From positions 1 to 11,067 of the forward strand of contig JAYZBQ010000011.1 of the NCBI GenBank assembly GCA_036338695.1: DNA of 11,067 bases, read 5' to 3'. Of this stretch, positions 7,784-11,067 are shown one piece after another. This DNA comes from Myxococcota bacterium. Lineage in GTDB: Bacteria; Myxococcota; UBA4151. Position 1 is the first letter of the stretch. Every line of letters begins with the position of its first letter. The notes beneath the pieces are model-generated. The model searched no databases, was not told where the DNA came from, and saw only the letters and a list, made by a program, of their open reading frames with translations. The position numbers and the translations under genes were made by a program.

Positions 7784-7813
7784 GCTGCCGGCGCATCGCC
7801 TCAGGAGCACGAC

Positions 7814-9154
7814 ATGATCTCGCCCGCGTCGGTACTACTCGCCCATGTGGTTGAGGCGCGCCGCCTCCACATGGACCTGATCGCAGCGGGTCAAACGAAC
7901 ACCAACGTGGTCGAGGGTTGGGACTGGTTCGTCTGGGACTTTCACCCGAGCATCTCGATCGGTTTGGGGATCCTGACCGCGCTGTACTTCTGGGTGATCG
8001 GCCCCGCGCGCCGGCGATGGAACCTCGGGCGTGAGGCGACCAAGCTGGAGAAGGGCTTCTTCATCAGCGCCGTCGTCACCTTGGAGTTGAGCCTGGATGG
8101 CCCGATTCACCACCTAGCCGACAACTACCTCTTCTCGGTGCATATGTTTCAGCATCTGATGATCACCTTGATCGGACCGCTGCTGCTGCTCGCAGGAATT
8201 CCGGGCTGGGTGTGGGAGCAGGTGCTGCGTGTGCCGGTGCTTGGCGGTGTCTTCCGGTGGGCCGTCAAGCCGGTGTGGGCGTTCTTGATCTACAACGGGG
8301 TCCTCATCGCCTTTCACCTGCCCGGCGCCTACAACGCGACGATGGTTGATCACAACATCCACATTCTTGAGCACCTCCTGTTCATGGCGTCTGCTGTGCT
8401 CGTGTGGTGGCCGATCCTGAGCCGTTCGGAGAAGATGCCGCCGCTGACCTACGGGGCGCAGATGATCTACCTGCTGGCGATGAGCTTCCCGATGAAGGCG
8501 CTCGGGGCGGTGATTACCGTCAAAGAGGACGTCTTGTACGGCTTTTACGCAGCGGCTCCTCGTGTTTGGGGGCTGACGCCTGGCGGTGATCAGCGTTTGG
8601 GGGGGCTGATGATGTGGTTGCCTGCTGGCTTGGTGCTTTGGTTCCTTGCGGCGCGCGCCTTCACGCTGTGGTGGACCCAGGACCGCCGTGAGCGACAGGT
8701 CTCTCAGACGGTCGCAGGTCTCTTGGTGGCACTGACGCTGAGCGCCTGCAGTGCGAGCGCGCCGGCGCCCGAGCAGGGCGCGCAAGCAGCAAAGCCTGGT
8801 CTGACGGTGGTGACGCGCGGCGGGGAGTACACGGCGCAGCTGATAATCCCTGAGCCCGTCGATATGAGACGCATGTTCGTGTTGCCTGTGACCCTGACCA
8901 ACAAAGCGGGCGACGTGGTCGATCGCGCCCAGCTTGAGGTGGACGCAACGATGCCGGAGCATGGGCACGGGATGATGACGGAGCCCAAGCCAAGCGCGCA
9001 GATGGAATGCGACGGCAAAGGCGTCTGTTCCGCCAAGCAAGGTCGGTTTCTTATTGATGGATTTCGTCTGCATATGCCTGGCTCGTGGTTGTTTTCGGTC
9101 AAAGTGACCGCCAATGGACAGACCGCAACGGGTGAAGCCCGGTATGAGTTCTGA
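7814..9154 (+). CDS. ctaG: Caa3_CtaG cytochrome c oxidase assembly protein fused to a C-terminal YtkA(CtaK)/FixH-like domain
   Basis: Residues about 40-290 carry CtaG motifs: DGPIHHLADNYLFSVHMFQHL, FHLP..Y, HILEHLLF, WWPI and DQRLGGLMMW. Then comes RRER plus a hydrophobic stretch ending in LSA-C (Cys312, 8747-8749), then a soluble domain with VDATMPEHGHGM (8951 onward) and FRLHMPGSWLFSVKV, typical of YtkA-like proteins. AGGAG RBS. Confidence 0.88.
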   Translation: MISPASVLLAHVVEARRLHMDLIAAGQTNTNVVEGWDWFVWDFHPSISIGLGILTALYFWVIGPARRRWNLGREATKLEKGFFISAVVTLELSLDGPIHHLADNYLFSVHMFQHLMITLIGPLLLLAGIPGWVWEQVLRVPVLGGVFRWAVKPVWAFLIYNGVLIAFHLPGAYNATMVDHNIHILEHLLFMASAVLVWWPILSRSEKMPPLTYGAQMIYLLAMSFPMKALGAVITVKEDVLYGFYAAAPRVWGLTPGGDQRLGGLMMWLPAGLVLWFLAARAFTLWWTQDRRERQVSQTVAGLLVALTLSACSASAPAPEQGAQAAKPGLTVVTRGGEYTAQLIIPEPVDMRRMFVLPVTLTNKAGDVVDRAQLEVDATMPEHGHGMMTEPKPSAQMECDGKGVCSAKQGRFLIDGFRLHMPGSWLFSVKVTANGQTATGEARYEF

Positions 9155-10511
9155 GCAGCCCAAGGCTCCTGTTCCCGCTTGGATTGGCTTACCGCTGATC
9201 GTCGGTGGCGTCGTTGCTCTGATCGTCTTGAAGCCGGATCCTGGCGCTGAGTTCCGTCGGCGCAGCGAGGACACCCGCCAAGCCCTAATCCGCGCCATGT
9301 CGCCGATCCCCGAGGTGCCGACCTCTCCCGGGAACGCTTTCGCCGATGAGCCGGCGGCGGCGCGCCTGGGGCAGGCGCTGTTCTTTGATAAGGGGCTTAG
9401 CAGTAATGGTGAGGTCAGCTGCGCGACGTGTCATCAGCCCAAGAAGCACTTCACCGATGGTCTTAAGACGGCGATGGGCGTCGGCCGCGATGATCGCAAC
9501 ACGCCGACGGTGATCGGAGCGCAGCACAACCTGTGGTGGTTCTGGGATGGTCGGCGTGACAGCCAATGGGCTCAGGCGCTCGGACCGCTCGAGTCACCGA
9601 TTGAGCACAACCTGAGCCGCCTGGCGGTGTACCGCAGGGTGAAGGCTGCGCATGCGGTCCGCTACGCAGAGGCTTTCGGGGCCTTGCCGGAGTCCGAGGT
9701 GCTCGCCGGCGTCCCGATGAACGCCTCGCCGCGATCAGACGAGGCAGGTCAACGCGCCTGGGCGCAGCTCCCAGTCGGCGAGCGCCGCGTCGTTGAGCAG
9801 GTCTTTGTACACGTCGGTAAGGCGCTTGAGGCTTATCAGCGCCAGCTCAAGCCCGGCGAGACACCGGTCGATCGTTACGTCGCAGCGTTGAACGCCGGTG
9901 ATCGCCTGGGCGGGGGTGCGCTGAGCCCGAGCGCCGTGCGCGGGATGAGCTTGTTCGTGGGGAAGGCGAAGTGTTCGATGTGCCACAGCGGCCCCTTGTT
10001 CACGGATCATAGCTTCCACAACCTCGGGCTGCCCAGCCAGCTCGCGACTGCGCCTTGCGCCACAGAGCGTAGGGTCCAGACCGGGACCGGAGAGCAGATC
10101 GAGTGGAACACAAGCGGCTGCGGTCCTGAGGTCGGGCGCTCGCATGGGGCGCGCGCGGTGTTGACGAGCGAGTTTCGCTGCGGCGGCGCCCACAGCGGTC
10201 AGACCGAGTGCCGGCAACTCAAGCATCTCAACCCGGATTTCGCCGACTTCGTAGGCGCATTTAAGACGCCCTCACTGCGTGATGTCGAGAAGACCGCGCC
10301 GTACATGCACACGGGCGAGTTCGACACCCTCGAGGAGGTCCTGAGCTTCTACAACACCATGCCAGGGACGGTCCGAATGGGTCATCGTGAGCTGTTCTTG
10401 CGCCCCCTTCATCTCAAGCCGAGGGAGCTCGAGGACCTGAAGAGCTTCTTGGTGGCGCTCAGCTCGGAGCCTGCGGACACACCTTGGCATCAGCCGCTGG
10501 AGCCGATGTGA
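9144..10511 (+). CDS. Membrane-anchored diheme enzyme of the bCCP/MauG superfamily (MauG/MbnH/BthA-like, predicted His/Tyr heme), about 455 aa
   Basis: N-terminal TM helix; GQALFFD..LS....SCATCH (9420-9434); RNTPT; FWDGR; QALGP...PIEH; CSMCH (9972-9986) GPLFTD; FKTPSLR; PYMHTG followed by FY. The start is either ATG 9144 (11-nt overlap with ctaG) or ATG 9114. Confidence 0.92.
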   Translation: MSSEQPKAPVPAWIGLPLIVGGVVALIVLKPDPGAEFRRRSEDTRQALIRAMSPIPEVPTSPGNAFADEPAAARLGQALFFDKGLSSNGEVSCATCHQPKKHFTDGLKTAMGVGRDDRNTPTVIGAQHNLWWFWDGRRDSQWAQALGPLESPIEHNLSRLAVYRRVKAAHAVRYAEAFGALPESEVLAGVPMNASPRSDEAGQRAWAQLPVGERRVVEQVFVHVGKALEAYQRQLKPGETPVDRYVAALNAGDRLGGGALSPSAVRGMSLFVGKAKCSMCHSGPLFTDHSFHNLGLPSQLATAPCATERRVQTGTGEQIEWNTSGCGPEVGRSHGARAVLTSEFRCGGAHSGQTECRQLKHLNPDFADFVGAFKTPSLRDVEKTAPYMHTGEFDTLEEVLSFYNTMPGTVRMGHRELFLRPLHLKPRELEDLKSFLVALSSEPADTPWHQPLEPM

Positions 10512-11067
10512 GCCGGTTTCGCCCGTCTGCGATCTCTACGGTCGCCTTGGTCGCCGTGGGGTGGGGCTTGTGCTCTCTTGGCTTCTGGCAGGTCGACCGC
10601 TGGCGTGTCATGAGCGAGCAGAAGCGAGCCTTTGACCAAGAGATCGAGAAGCCTCCGGTGCAGGTGCAGGGCTTGCGTCAGCTGGACACGGTGGCGCCGT
10701 GGCGTCGCGTGGAGCTGGTTGGGCGCTACGTCGGCAGCCAGGGGCGGGTCATCAACAAATACATTGATCGCCAGCCCGGTGTCTGGCTGGCAGCGCCTTT
10801 TCGTTTGAAAGACGGCACCCACATCGTGGTGATGCGGGGCTGGGTACCCGAGACCGAGTCGGATGTTGAGCCGCCCAAGGGTGAGCAGACCGTCGTTGGG
10901 ATGCTACGCGACGGATCGGGTGATCTGGGCGCCCATCTTGACGGGGATGAGTTTCGCAGTCTCGACGGCTACGCCACGCTCGCACAGTATGATCTCAAGA
11001 ACGCGGTCGGACGCATCGTCATTGAAGGTGCCCTGGTTCCCCACGGTCAGGCCTTCCCCAAGGCGCT
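10508..11067 (+). CDS. surf1: SURF1 family cytochrome oxidase biogenesis protein, truncated by window edge
   Basis: GTGA overlap with the upstream stop and GGAG at 10499-10502. Manual translation MSRFRPSAISTVALVAVGWGLCSLGFWQVDR...WRRVELVGRY...PGVWLAAPF...VVMRGWVP...VVGMLR carries the SURF1 LGxWQxxR and RGWVP motifs. The frame is open to the end of the window and absent from the ORF track. Confidence 0.9.
   Translation, partial: MSRFRPSAISTVALVAVGWGLCSLGFWQVDRWRVMSEQKRAFDQEIEKPPVQVQGLRQLDTVAPWRRVELVGRYVGSQGRVINKYIDRQPGVWLAAPFRLKDGTHIVVMRGWVPETESDVEPPKGEQTVVGMLRDGSGDLGAHLDGDEFRSLDGYATLAQYDLKNAVGRIVIEGALVPHGQAFPKA

Noticed and set aside
7677..7813. Riboswitch or ncRNA in the ctaF-ctaG gap
   Set aside because: Only about 20 nt lie between the stop and the hairpin, with no recognisable aptamer. 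A terminator plus promoter explains the region.
3538..9298. Long minus-strand ORFs (3538..4332, 5419..6150, 6430..7044, 8114..9298)
   Set aside because: They lie antisense to well-supported genes. Long antisense open frames are expected with high-GC codon bias, and they show no motifs.
9144..10511. Calling the diheme gene mauG, mbnH or ccpA
   Set aside because: No methylamine dehydrogenase or mbnP genes are in the window, and the canonical CcpA ligands are missing. Only superfamily membership is supported.
3502..11067. Absence of ctaA, ctaB and sco as a sign of an unusual heme or copper pathway
   Set aside because: The cluster runs off the window edge, so these genes may lie downstream or elsewhere. 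The heme a assignment is by homology only.
1..11067. CRISPR arrays, tRNA/rRNA genes, IS elements, long repeats
   Set aside because: None seen by eye. The window is almost entirely coding, with only three intergenic gaps over 100 nt.

Overview
This is a GC-rich bacterial window with no mobile elements, CRISPR arrays or RNA genes that I could recognise. On the minus strand, a PlsB/GPAT-type glycerol-3-phosphate acyltransferase runs off the left edge; the ORF track misses it. Divergently on the plus strand lie a small FHA protein with a GarA/OdhI-like N-terminal Thr motif and an overlapping TaR3/RNase Z-like metallo-beta-lactamase-fold hydrolase. Next is an A1-type caa3-like cytochrome c oxidase operon (ctaC-ctaD-ctaE-ctaF) in which subunit IV carries an extra C-terminal c-type cytochrome domain, followed by an intrinsic terminator. 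A second, tightly coupled unit then encodes Caa3_CtaG fused through an internal lipoprotein-like signal to a YtkA/CtaK-like MPEHGHG domain, a membrane-anchored diheme enzyme with MauG-type (His/Tyr) signatures, and Surf1, which runs off the right edge and is also missed by the ORF track. The best candidate for an undescribed system is this oxidase-plus-maturation module. All family calls come from motifs read by eye, not from database searches.
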